From NCBI GenBank assembly GCA_943704425.1, contig CALSCP010001345.1, positions 1-52,093 on the forward strand: 52,093 nt of DNA, in the 5' to 3' direction. The notes under the pieces are model-generated. The model had not been told where the DNA came from. It worked only from the letters and a program-made list of their open reading frames with translations, and did not search any database. Origin of the DNA: Ministeria vibrans ATCC 50519. Taxonomy: Eukaryota > Protista > Filasterea. Positions 1-12,170 of this stretch are shown here, piece by piece (positions within the stretch are counted from its first letter, which is position 1; the number at the start of each line of letters is the position of its first letter). Position numbers and translations under genes: made by a program.

Positions 1-34
<34 letters not shown>

Positions 35-250
35 GCGAAAGAAACGTTCGCACTCTGTTCCGTTCCGATTCCGTACGGAAAAAACCACTGTGGATCCGCC
101 GCGTTTTTTGCAACCCCAATGGACTTGGGGGCTCCATGCACACCCGCCCCCGCCTGGCAAACAGGCCCCGCTGCGTCTTTGGTTCCCACAGCCAATCCGC
201 GCGCTTTGCCATTATGATTGGCGCTCACTCGATTCTGTGCGCTGTGTAGC

Positions 251-936
251 ATGACGATGACCGTCAAGAACGAGGCGAATGAAACTGTGGAGCTCTGGAA
301 GGTACCCTTGCGTTTGTCTGTCTGATGCGCATTGTTTGGGTGTGGCATGATTGATACTAAATGGATTTGTTATTGTTTTTGCATTGTGTCGTTGAGTAGC
401 CCAAGCGAAAAGACCTCGTTCGCATTTTCGCCCATGTACACCGTCACTGGGCACAGTTGATTCCCGCAGACTATGTGGGGTCTTGGCGCTATATTTACGT
501 CAGACAGTCCGACGGCGAAGAGGTCAGCAGACCACAAACGAGAAAAAGTCACGCGGAAAATGATAAGAGTACTAATCTTAATGCTATTTTTATGGCGATG
601 CGTTAGGTGACAATGGAGGATGGACTGACAGTGGAAGAGATGCTTGACAAACATTGGGGAGTACATCGCAACACGCTGTGTCCCATTCTACGGCCGATTA
701 CCTCAGCTCACAGCGACGACGGAACGCTTTCCGACTACTCGCAGACTGCCTCGTCGGACATGGACGAGTCGCCCGACTGTGCCTCACCTCTTTCCTGTTC
801 TCCCTCTTACTCCTACTATCACGTTCATTCTCCCTCCGCGTACTACCACTCCTTCCAGCACTACCAACCTGTCCCTTCCGCCCTTGACATGCTCGCTTTC
901 GTGTGCGCCAACTTGGCCCCCAACACCAACTCATGA
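251..936 (+). CDS. Hypothetical protein (~160 aa; exons ~251-301, 400-498, 607-936), possibly 5'-incomplete
   Basis: GT-AG bounded exons join in frame: MTMTVKNEANETVELWK|PKRKDLVRIFAHVHRHWAQLIPADYVGSWRYIY|VTMEDGLTVEEMLDKHWGVH..., followed by a Ser/Tyr/His-rich tail and stop at 936. No family recognised. Confidence 0.5.
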
Positions 937-1107
937 CCCAGATCAAATCCCCCAAAACAAAAATCACAATCGCCCTCCCCCCACACCAGTGTACGTAATA
1001 ACGAAATCATGCCCATTTTCCATCCCGACAATCAAACTGAGTTCGAGACCATCCAAGACAATTTTTGTTTTTCTTTGCCGATATCAGTTCTGTTCGTGTA
1101 CATTATC

Positions 1108-3169
1108 TTAGCGCCATGCCTTGATAACTCCGTCGCGTCCACAGGTAATGAGGACGCGCGAGTCATCGGTGCCCCCCTGTCCACTTCCACCTTGACCCTG
1201 AGCGGCACTACTCGAGCTGGAGCCGGAGCCGGAGCCTCCGGAGCCTCCCGAACGAGAGCCCCACACATCGCAGATGGCCATGTCAGTGATGCAGTCGGTG
1301 TGCGCCGGAGACGCGCGCAAACGATTCTGGTTACCGGCGAGCACGGCGTCGCCTGTCGCGGTGCGAGTCTCCTGGAACAGTGCAATATTGTCTATGACCT
1401 GTGACCGATAGCTGAACTTGTCGGGTGCCCGGTCGTGTGCCTCAGGAACGCTCACGGGACGCGACGCGGACGCACGCTGCATGTCCCACAGACGTACAGT
1501 GCAATCAGTGCCACCCGTCAGCAGCGATGCCGACTCGCCCGATGATGAGCATACCATGGCACGGACCGAGGGCGGAGCAATCGCAGCCAGTGGAGGAGCT
1601 GACCCGCCCGACGACACAGGTGACGCAAGCGAGTGTGCACCAATAGTTCGTGCTGACGGAAGATCGCGCACTCCCATATCGTGCAGTGGTGGCAGACCCA
1701 GTGGCTACACAGGAGACGATGCAGGTTTAAAAACGTATCGAGTCGATCACACGTCGAGATAACACAAAAGCTACGTACCGTCATTTTGAGGGGTCCGGCA
1801 CGACTGGAACCTGCATCGCTGGAGAGGGGCGATGGAGCACTGCGAAAGACCTGTGTACAGTCGGCCCGACTCACGTCCCACGCACTGACTTCGTTGACAC
1901 CGGCGGCAGAAAGAATCCACGGCGCCTCACGGAACTGGTCGGGGTGCGACATGAGACGATGGATGGGCGACTGTCGACAAAGAAGACACATAATGCGTGA
2001 GTGGTGCAGGCGACAAACCGGAGACAGTTCGTGATTGGCTTACCCGATGAGGATGTACCCACGAGTTGAGGGGAATCTGGTAGCGCACGTCCCACAGCGA
2101 ATAAACACCGCGCGATGAGCCACTCACGAGCCACGAACGAGAGTCGTCCACTGCAAACGCACTCAGTCGCCCAAACTCCTACCATGCAAAAAAGTGGGAA
2201 CATGACAAAGAGAGAGAGAGAGAGTGAGAAAGAGAAGATAGAGACAAAAGTGATGAAGAGAGGAGAAAGAAACAAAGTGATAGAGAGAGAAAGAAACAAA
2301 GTGATAGAGAGAGGAGCAAGAAACAAAATGATAGAGAGAGAGGAGTAAGAAACAAAATGATAGAGAGAGAGGAGTAAGAAACAAAGTGATAAAGAGAGAG
2401 AAGTAAGAACACGAGAAAGAATACACCACCACTGATTACGGGATGTGTGTTGGGCAGACGCCAAGCAAGTCGGCTGGTGCGCAGATCCCAGCCATAGATG
2501 GTTCCCTTGACGGTGGCAAATACAAGCATGGAACGGCACTGTGCCGTTTTGTAGTGGAAGATGTCAACAATGCCTCCCTCGTCGTCGATCTGCCGCTGAT
2601 ACAAACCCGTCGAGCCTATTAACCAAAAAAAAAAAAAAAAAAGATGNNNNNNNNNNNNNNNNNNNNNNNNNNNNNNNNNNNNNNNNNNNNNNNNNNNNNN
2701 NNNNNNNNNNNNNNNNNNNNNNNNNNNNNNNNNNNNNNNNNNNNNNNNNNNNNNNNNNNNNNNNNNNNNNNNNNNNNNNNNNNNNNNNNNNNNNNNNNNN
2801 NNNNNNNNNNNNNNNNNNNNNNNNNNNNNNNNNNNNNNNNNNNNNNNNNNNNNNNNNNNNNNNNNNNNNNNNNNNNNNNNNNNNNNNNNNNNNNNNNNNN
2901 NNNNNNNNNNNNNNNNNNNNNNNNNNNNNNNNNNNNNNNNNNNNNNNNNNNNNNNNNNNNNNNNNNNNNNNNNNNNNNNNNNNNNNNNNNNNNNNNNNNN
3001 NNNNNNNNNNNNNNNNNNNNNNNNNNNNNNNNNNNNNNNNNNNNNNNNNNNNNNNNNNNNNNNNNNNNNNNNNNNNNNNNNNNNNNNNNNNNNNNNNNNN
3101 NNNNNNNNNNNNNNNNNNNNNNNNNNNNNNNNNNNNNNNNNNNNNNNNNNNNNNNNNNNNNNNNNNNNN

Positions 3170-3247
<78 letters not shown>

Positions 3248-3856
3248 TTCTTTCGTTTACCTTCGGGCTTCCAAGAGGTATTGAAATCGGCAGCAGAGAC
3301 ACCCGAGTCGGTGCCCTTGGACGATCCGCCCATGGCATCAGCGGATGACCCTCCGCTAGAGATGCTTGCAACACTCGAACCGCCGCCGGTGCGCTTGTTG
3401 CGGTCGGCAAGGGTTCGTCGTGAGGCTGTCGCCGCATTGCCGCCAGACCCAGCAGCGCCATTTGACGTGCTGTTGGATGGCACTACGATTTCGCGAAAGT
3501 ACTTTTCCGGAGGAAAGCGCAGCAAACTCATTCGTTCGACAATTTCTTCGAGAGGACTGCGGGGCAGCACGGAGGCAGCGGCGGCGGAAGAAGAAGCAGC
3601 AACAGAAACAGTAGCGGTCGTGGCTGGCATTCGGTGGGTGGACGTGCTTGTGGTAGATCGAATGCTTAAGACGGTGTCGCGCCGAGCAACCGTCGGAGTT
3701 GTCTCAGCAGCGGCACTGATGGTGGGCGCGGCAATGCGTGACGATGGAGGTGATGATGATGAGCTGGCAGTTGTGGCGGCGGTTGTCTCACTTGCGTCAA
3801 GTATACCGCTTGACGACGATCGTTCGCGCGCAGCACGCTGAGAAGGCGGTGACGGG

Positions 3857-3908
<52 letters not shown>

Positions 3909-6900
3909 GCAACTGCTGCTGTTCGCGTTGCAGCTGCTGCTGCTGTGATCGCGATAGTTTCTCTTTCTTCGCCTTGCCAGTCACCTTGGCCTTCTTGAGA
4001 ACATCGGCAAGCGCATGGCTGGCCAGGGGCGACGCACTCTTGTCGTCCATGGATGCCGAAAGGCTTGCATGACTCGGCGACATGGGGCGGGACGAAGAGG
4101 GAGAAAGTGGTCCGCCTGGGGAAGATGATAGGACGGAGCGGCGAATAGCAACAGAAACTGAGGAGGTGGCATGCGTTGATTCTGCATCAGACACCGACGT
4201 GGCTTCTGTAGACACCTCGTCGAAGGTCTGTTCCTCTTCGGAAGGCAAGGAAGAAGACGCCTGTTGCACTAACAACTGTTGTTGTTGTTGTTGTTGTTGT
4301 TGCTGCTGCTGTTGTTGCTGCTGCTGCTGCTGCTGTTGTTGAAGCAATAAGAGTTGCTGTTGTTGTTGCTGTTGCTGCTGCTGCTGCTGCTGCTGCTGGA
4401 GTTGCTGTTGTGCAGCCTGGTCGTCACGATCGTCACCTTGGTCGCCAAAGAGAAGCTTCCATTCGTTGTTCATGTGACTTGCCACGGGAGGCGTGGCGGT
4501 GGCAGTTGTGGCCGCGACGGAGGGTGATGATGCAACACCAGCACCGGCGCTTTCGCCGGAGGAGCCAATACGGCGGTGTGAAGGCATAAATCCTGCACCA
4601 CCGAGCGTTCCCGGCGAACCTACAGCAGCACTACTCATGCTGTGTGAGCTCATCAGAGTGCTAGCGGTCGCTGAGCCCAGGGAAGACGACATGAGACTGG
4701 ATGAGAGCGCATTGGCCGTGGTGTCGCGCAAGATGGTGTCGGCCGATGGAAGGACCTTTTTGGCTGAGGAGGGCTGTGTCAATGAGTTAGCGAGTGAGGT
4801 TGCCGCCACCACAGTGTTGGCAGCTGCTTTTGTAGCATCGGTGGTGGCGGCGCCGACAGTGGGTGTGGCAGACGTAGTAGTGGTCGAAAAGGACGAGGAA
4901 AAAGATGCATTGGAGGTAACGGCAGTGGACGAGAGGGGACGCAAATCTTCGGAGCAAACGCGGACGCCCAGGTCGCGCAATGAGACAAATTTTGTGTTGC
5001 CAATAGCACGTCCGGCGGCCGCCTTGGCACGTTCGGTGTTGACAACATGACGTACGGCCATGCGCGTGACAAAGGTTTGCATGTGAGCGAGTACACGGAT
5101 GTTTGTGTCAGCGAGGCCCTTTTCGACTCGCAAATGCTCTACGAGCTGCTGGCCCTTGTACGCGTCATTTTCGCTTGTGGCCACGTCCAACGAGGCAGAG
5201 ACCATTGCCGCCGGGTCGCATAAGGAGGGGTCTTTGGAAGAATCGCTCGAAGAAGAAGATTTGGTGACAGTGGTGGCAGAAGGGAGAATGAGGGAGGAAT
5301 CATCGACGGCCGTAAGCTTTTTGAGGGCAACAAAGAGCGCCGTCTTGGTATCCATGTTCATGCGAAGCACATAGTCAAAGGCATCGAGAGGCAACGGCGG
5401 GGCAAGAGCGTCGAGGAGAATCTTCTCGTCGCGAAACGCAGCACAGGCCGTGAGGTCGTCCACTAGGAACCCTCTGAGGATTGGCTGAAGCATGCAGAGA
5501 ATGTCAACGTCAGAGAGTTTGCGCGCAATGGCCGACACAAACGCACAGGTTGCGTTGCGGATCCAATTGTTGGGATGACACAGCAACGGAGCAGTTTCGG
5601 CGCATATGTCGAGTTGTCGTTCGCGCCGCACCAGATTCAGTTCAATGAGGCTCGTCAACGACGAGAGAACCTTGAAAAAAGATACAAAATATTATATTAT
5701 TATAGTCGCTCTCTATTTTTAATTTTTGTTTTCTTATATATATATATAAGAGTGTTCTTTTTCTTACCTTTTCGACGACAAAGTCTTCGCTGTCGGTGAG
5801 ACCTTGAGCAATGAAAGGCAAGATGAATTCCTCAATGGCACGTGCGCCGACGTAGGTGGCAATGCCGAGTATGGACTCAAAAAAAGCACCGCGCAGCCGC
5901 CAATCCTCACGCTCGTTGAGGTACGTCAGCAAATGACCCAGTAGCACGTCGCTCGCCTTGAGACGCCCGAAGAAAACACACAGACGTGTGATGTCGGCGA
6001 GAAGCGTCTGCTTGACGAGCGATTCGGTGTCGGAAAGGAGTTTGACGACGGCGTCCTGGACGACGCTCTGTAGCCGTTCGAGTTCGTCGTCGTAACTGCC
6101 CTGCATGGGCGTCGGTAGCGACTGGGAGATGCCCGAGGGTCGCTGAGACCACTCAAGAAAACGCAGGGCTGTCTCGGCAAGCACGGCAATGTTTTCGGCG
6201 TACGTGGCGCGCACCAATACCTCCTTGTCATTTCCACAGGCAATGAGAGCGGGCAAGACGTATTGGGGGACAATGTTTGCGTCGGAGAGGGGCACTTGGC
6301 GCACAAGCACGAGGACACGTGTAACCACGCGAATCGCCGTGGCGCGCACGAGAGGCTCATCGTCTTCGACGAGACCTAGGGCGTAGGGAAGCACGCGCTC
6401 GAGACGGCATTCGTCGTCGACATGTTCGGCGAGGGAGGCAAGTAATTCGAGGCCGGCAATGCGTGTGCTGCTGCGCTGAAGCGCTCGCAAACACGACGTG
6501 ACCATCGTCAGAATGGTTGTGATGCTTCCGATCGCGCATGACTCTACACCCGGGTCCTGTAGTGTAGCGTCCGCGTCGGTTGCGTTGGGGTCGCGCTCGT
6601 CCGTGAGGGTTTCATTGCCATGGGCATGGACGTGTCCGTAGTCGTTGTCGTAGTCATCAAAGTCGCCGAGAAGCGAGAAGGCATTGCCAATGCTACCGGG
6701 CAGTTGGGCAGTGCGGAGACGGCGACGGCTGGCGAGTTCAAGCTCGATAGCCGAGAGCGATGGATCGGGGGTGGGACGCGGCAAGGATTGACTATGGCCA
6801 ATGCTGAGGGCGGACGGAAAGAAGGCTGTTTGCGACGAGGCATCGGCTAGGGGTGAGTGTGGCGAATGAAGTTGAGTGGTGCTGGGAGTGGATGAGGGCA

Positions 6901-8400
6901 CAAGATGCTTGAGGATGTACGGCAGGTCGCGATGAAGACGCACGATGCGGCTGTCGGGGGACTCGCGCGGAGGGAGTGCGTCGATGTAGGGGGAGAGGAA
7001 GGAGTAAAAGTGTTCGGGGAAGACACGACCCCGGTAGTCTTCAAGATAGTGGGCGGCAGACAGGCGTTTGGCGGGATCGACCTCCGTCATGGAGGTAACC
7101 AGTTGACGGATGTCGTCGTTCTCGATGCGGTCGAGGACGCCACTTTGAAGCCACTGACGGTCGCCGGCACGGTACTCGAGAAGCTGCGCAAGCGTAAAGG
7201 TGGTCTCGCCCTCAAGGAAGAGTTCGGCAAGCACACAGCCGGCCGAAAAGATGTCCATGGCGGGCGTAAGATCCGTGTCGACATACACATCCGAGTCGAG
7301 AAAGTTGCCCTCAAACTGTTGTGCAAACATGGGTGGTGGTGGTGGTGGTGTAGCGTTGTTGTCACTTGTACGGGAAGCAGCAGCCGCCGCAACCGCAGCC
7401 GCAGCAACAGCCGCCGCCTTAGCGGCAGCAGCGGCCTTTGCAGCGGCTTTGCGAGAGGCGCGTGAAGTGTTCGTGTCCGCACGTTCACGAATGAGGTCAC
7501 GACAGCGGCGCACGTACGTGTCGAGGTGCTCTGGCAGCGATTGAGGATTGTAGAAGCGTTCGGGGGCAAGGTAGCAGCTGCGGCGATCGCTTGTGTCGAA
7601 GAAAAAGTTGAAGGCGGTGGGATTGTCCTCGGGAAGGTAGGCTGGCTTGAACTGGGCAAAGTCGGTGAGGTAGAGAACCGACGCGCTCGTGATGAGAACA
7701 CTTTCGGACTTGACGTCGCCGTGGCAAATGCCGACGCTGTGGCATTCGTCAAGAGCGACGAGCAGTTGGTAGGCAAGCCATTTCTTCTCCATGGCAGTGA
7801 GAAAGGGACGCGTACTGATGCGGTCGTACAAATGCGTGTGCATGTACTGCCGGATGACATAGCCGAGACGATCGGTTTGCGCCGAGATAAGGTAAGGCAG
7901 CACATGCCGAGCGTTTACAAGGCGCTTCGCAGTGGCTACAAGGAGACAAAGGGAGTCGAGAGTTACATGGGCGAACTCGTTCGGCACTGTGGGTCGTTTT
8001 CAATGGCTTACTCTCGACTTGGCGGTGGTATTTTGAGAGTGAAAGCGACGAGTCTTGCTTGACAAAGGCTTTGAGGAGGAAAAGCTCTTTGAAGCGGTTG
8101 CGGACGCGGATGGTTTTCATGAAGCGCGTCGACTGGAGCCTGACGACGAAAAAAAAAAGGAAGGAGAGAAGGGGGGAGGCGGGCGGGGCGGTAGAAGGGT
8201 GGGGCAGAGAGGATGCGATGGTTAGAAGAAGGGAGTGTGGTCTGCAAGGGAGGGGGCGTACGACTTGTCCATGTAGAAGTCGGGCACTTCGGCAACGACC
8301 TGCTCCGCATACACCGTTCCTACGCGCCAGAGGGTGAGCGGTAATGCCCTGTCGCTCGTGCACGCGTACCAGTCGTCGACGACGACACCTGGTTCCCCAT
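1108..8400 (-). CDS. VPS15: Phosphoinositide 3-kinase regulatory subunit 4 / Vps15 (kinase-like domain, HEAT repeats, WD40); multi-exon, spans the N gap
   Basis: Start MGNQ (N-myristoylation type) at 8400; LYDRISTRPFL..EKKWLAYQLL, HGDVKSE, DFAQFKPAYLPEDNP, CYLAPERF; HEAT region (LITYLN-like LLTYLNER.DWRLRGAFF); C-terminal WD40 ending CGRDGVIKAWR*; GT-AG introns traced. Confidence 0.96.
2215..2410 (-). repeat. Intronic minisatellite, unit ~TCTCTCTATCACTTTGTTTCT (transcript sense)
   Basis: Repeated AGAAACAAAGTGATAGAGAG units on the + strand within a VPS15 intron. Confidence 0.85.
3170..3248. repeat. (TAA)n microsatellite next to the assembly gap (2647-3169), inside a VPS15 intron
   Basis: Seen directly in the sequence. 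Confidence 0.95.
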
Positions 8401-8729
8401 CCTTCACTCTTGGCAGTGTGTCGAAAAATATATTATTATACGGAAAAATCAAAGAAAGACGTGAATATAAAAAAAAAACTGAAGTTTAAAAAATAAAAAT
8501 TGCCATTAGTGATTAGAATGGTGAATGACGATTGCCCAAGACAGCCCACTGAGTTCAAGGCGGACGGACCGAAGCCCGAATCGTCAAATTGTCATTGGAG
8601 AAAGATAGATTCGTTGTGCTTTCGTTTTTAATTTGAGTTGACTCACAGAGATGCAAATGAGTTGTCACTCAGTTGTGACTTGTGACTTGTGACTCTGGAG
8701 TCTGGGCACAGTTTATTCGCTTCCTTGAC

Positions 8730-9745
8730 ATGATTGATATCGTTGCGTGCTTTACCGTTATCGGAGTGTCGATCTCGCTGGCGCTCTTGAATGAGCTCTT
8801 GCTGTACATTGCGGTGTATCGGCACAGCACATACAAGATCAGGAAGGACGCGATGGAGCGACAGGCGCTGAAAGGTACTTGGGCTCTCTCTTGGCGCGCC
8901 TACTGAACGGCTGTTAGTTCTCAAGGCGAAGGAGGACCTTGTGGGCGCAACAGAGAAGCAGAAGAAGGAATACGATCGACTGGAGAGAGCGGTAAGTCAC
9001 GAGCACTCGACAGTGCACTCTTTGGCTCATGTGTTTGCTGCAGATGTTCGCCGCTGCCAGTGACGTGTCGGCCGGCAAGATGGGCCCACAGTTCATTATG
9101 ATGATTGCGTACATGGCGATGTTTCGCGTGTTGTCTAACTTCTACTCTGGACGAGTGGTCGCACGGTATGAGTTCAGTCTGATCTGTATGATATTTTGCT
9201 CTGTTTTTCTTCCTCTCTCTTTCTTTATCACCATGTTCTTCTTTATGCACACCACGTATTTTTGTCTTCCTTTCTCTCTATCACTGTGTTCGTTTTTTTT
9301 CTTCTCTTCACTCTATCACTTCGTTCTTTCTGACCCTTCTCCTTCATTTTTCCCATGCTGCTCTTCGACTCTCGTCTCTCACTCTTGCCCACTTATAGAC
9401 TCCCCTTTGAGCCTTTTTCGATGCTTCAAGGGATCACCCATCGCGGACTCGAAGGTACTTGACACCTATCGCTGATCTCCCTCATATCTCCTCTCCCATG
9501 TTGTTGCGCAGGCGATGATTTCACCGAGTGCTCGTATCTCTTCATTTACATTCTGTCGTCGATGTTGTTTCGTCCACTTGCACTGCGTCTGTCGCCATTT
9601 GCGCTGTCACGAACAGCACAGGTACGTGCAAGAGAGGCAGCAAGAGTCATGATACGCAACTCATCGTGTGCTTGGTATATGATAGTCGTTGGACCCCGGT
9701 ATGAAAGCATTGATGCCTGCAGAAACAAGGCGTCGCATGGAGTAG
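8730..9745 (+). CDS. TMCO1: TMCO1 (Oxa1-superfamily ER membrane protein), 6 exons
   Basis: Spliced product MIDIVACFTVIGVSISLALLNELLLYIAVYRHSTYK...GRVVARLPFEPFSMLQGITHRGLEGDDFTECSYLFIYILSSM... matches TMCO1 hallmarks (VVAKLPF.P...SHR.L.GDD.TDCSFIFLYIL). Confidence 0.9.
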
Positions 9746-10010
9746 TGACTATTGAGTGAGTGAGCTGTGAGTATGCAGTGTATTGAGTGAACTAATATTC
9801 TATATTGCGATGAACTATTGTCATTCACGATTTTACAATTTATCTCTGAGAAGTCAAAAGAACTACTTTCTTTTCACCCTAGGTGTGAATCGACTTAATC
9901 GAGTGGCCGCTTCACGCTTGTGTATTATTGGAATGAGACCCCGTTTCATTGTGTGATCTCTCATATAATCACACTAAGAAGTTGGAACAAATGTCTCAAG
10001 TCTCAAAATG

Positions 10011-10034
10011 CCTTTTTTTTTTGCTCAACTTTCG
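10011..10034 (+). promoter_or_regulatory. Putative non-coding first exon of RPL10 with a 5'TOP-like pyrimidine tract; 5'UTR intron 10035-10858
   Basis: CCTTTTTTTTTT tract, then donor G|GTACGT at 10035; acceptor ...gaccgtAG lies 2 nt before the RPL10 ATG. Confidence 0.55.
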
Positions 10035-10860
10035 GTACGTTTGTCTACATGCAGATGATTGTCTCAACTTGGGGCGGGGGGTGCACAAGGAAGTGTGCCA
10101 TCTCTCCTCTCATTGCGAAATGCTCAAAAAAAAAAAAACACCGCTGTGGAATGGAGGACGCTGGAAGGTCGCTCACGGGTGTCGCACATACGCCTCCGTC
10201 GTGTGTACGTCACTGGACCGTGCCAGGGAGCGTTGGCTGGGGTGCGGCGTCGTCGGACTGGGTCGTTTTGGCCTCCCGTCAGCCGCGTGTGTGTTGGACG
10301 TCCAGACGCGCGCTTCTCCTTGCCACACTGCCTGTGTCGCCCCGGTCTACTCTATCTCCCACCTGTCGCCTACTTGCCCGCGAAGCCCCCCGCTAAACCC
10401 GTCCGCTTCACGTTCGCCATTGCAACTCGAAAAGAGGAGAAAAAAAAATCCTCTTTTTGTGCAACCGTGTCACATAGACGCACCGCCGTGTGCACTATCT
10501 GGGTGCCTCGGTGGCAGCCCAAGGGTGTCGGCGTGTTCGTAGTCTCCCTTGAACCGCATAGACTGTTCTCTCCGCCTTTTTTTTTTTTTTTTTTTTTTTA
10601 ANNNNNNNNNNGTGTCGTGAGGCAATCACGTATGTGGGAAATCTGCCAATAACGGTGACGGACGAGGGACACATTTTCTCTTGTTTTGAGCACGACGCGA
10701 CTGCGTCCCCGCCTTGCTGCCGTTTCTTTCCCTCTGTCGCGCCGTATGCGTTGGCTGTATACCTTGATGGCGTCATCGTCCCGATTGCTCTTCACCTTGT
10801 CACTTCTGCACACTCAAACTTTTTTCTCTCTATCTCTCTTTCTACTTTTTGACCGTAGCC

Positions 10861-11920
10861 ATGGGACGACGACCGGCACAGTGCTACCGCTACTGCAAGA
10901 ACAAGCCTTACCCCAAGTCGCGCTTCTGCCGTGGCGTGCCGGAGCCTAAGATCAAGATTTACGATCTTGGCGTGAAGAAGGTCGACGTGAATGAGTTCCC
11001 CTTCTGCGTGCACATGCTCTCCGACGAGAAGGAGCAGCTGAGCGGCGAGGCCCTTGAAGCTGCCCGTATTTGCGCCAACAAGTACATTGTTCGCGAGTCT
11101 GGTACGTCTTTTCCCCTGTCCCTTTTTTTTTTTTTTTTTTTTTTTTTTTNNNNNNNNNNGTTGGGAATGCCACGGAAGGGTCCAGATACGCACCTGTGCG
11201 TCCCTGTAGTGCCACCATCCCATTTCTATCTTATAACTGATGCTCGTTCTGTCTCGTTCAGGCAAGGAAACCTTCCACATGCGTATCCGCGTCCACCCGT
11301 ACCACGTGCTCCGCATCAACAAAATGCTGTCGTGTGCCGGTGCCGATCGTCTGCAGACCGGCATGCGTGGCGCCTACGGTTAGTTGTACAAGAGTTGAAT
11401 GTGGCGCATAGCGAGTGTTGTATGTATACATCTTGCGTGTCTGTCAACGGTGTACTGTCGTTGTCGATGACTGATGCGTTCGACGCCAATGTTTGCTGGT
11501 GGTGTTTCTTTGGTCGTCGTCGTCGTCGTCGTGGCTGACACCGCTTCTCCGTGTTGTCGTTTCTTTTGTGTGTGTGTGTGTGTTTGTGTGTTGACTTTTT
11601 TGTTTTGTTTCTCAGGCAAGCCTCAGGGAACTGCGGCCCGTGTCAACATTGGACAGGTCCTCATTTCGATCCGCTGCAAGGAACAGCACGTGAGCACGGT
11701 CATTGAGGCCCTGCGTCGTGCCAAGTTCAAGTTCCCTGGCCGCCAGAAGATTGTTATCTCGCAGAAGTGGGGCTTCACTCCCTTCAAGCGCGAGGAGTAC
11801 GCGGAGCTCCGCTCGCGTGGACTCGTCTACAGCGCCGGCAGCCACGCCAAGTTTGTTAACGGCAAGGGCCCCCTCAAGGCCTGGAAGCGTCGCGTTGATG
11901 TTTCTTGCCTCCGCGAGTAA
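10861..11920 (+). CDS. RPL10: 60S ribosomal protein L10 (uL16); exons ~10861-11101, 11262-11378, 11616-11920
   Basis: [85 protein letters not shown]. Confidence 0.98.
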
Positions 11921-12170
11921 AAGAAATCATGTTTTTTTTTCTTTTCTTGGAAGGATTGGAAATTGTCGTTCACAATGTGTGTATTCCAAAAGAGTTATAG
12001 CTTTGTTGATCTCTAGTCTCTACCAGCAGTATGTGACGCACTAGCATTTCCTCGGGTTCTTCTGAGTGGTGCTTACATGATTCAAGACGAAACTTATTTC
12101 TTCGTCACTTTTAAAATTAAATATCTTCTTCTTTCATTATTTTATTTCATTAATTATTAGTGCTGGCAAG

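Noticed and set aside
2541-3461. Long ORFs containing X runs and poly-I/L/N
   Set aside because: Artefacts of translating through the N gap and the (TAA)n intron tract.
10141-10365. RNase P/MRP RNA (GGAAGGTC ... CTACTCT look-alikes)
   Set aside because: The two segments cannot form the P4 helix and the CR-IV/CR-V consensus is missing.
10393-10400. CTAAACCC as a telomerase RNA template
   Set aside because: Only about one repeat unit with no convincing alignment region or supporting pseudoknot; expected by chance.
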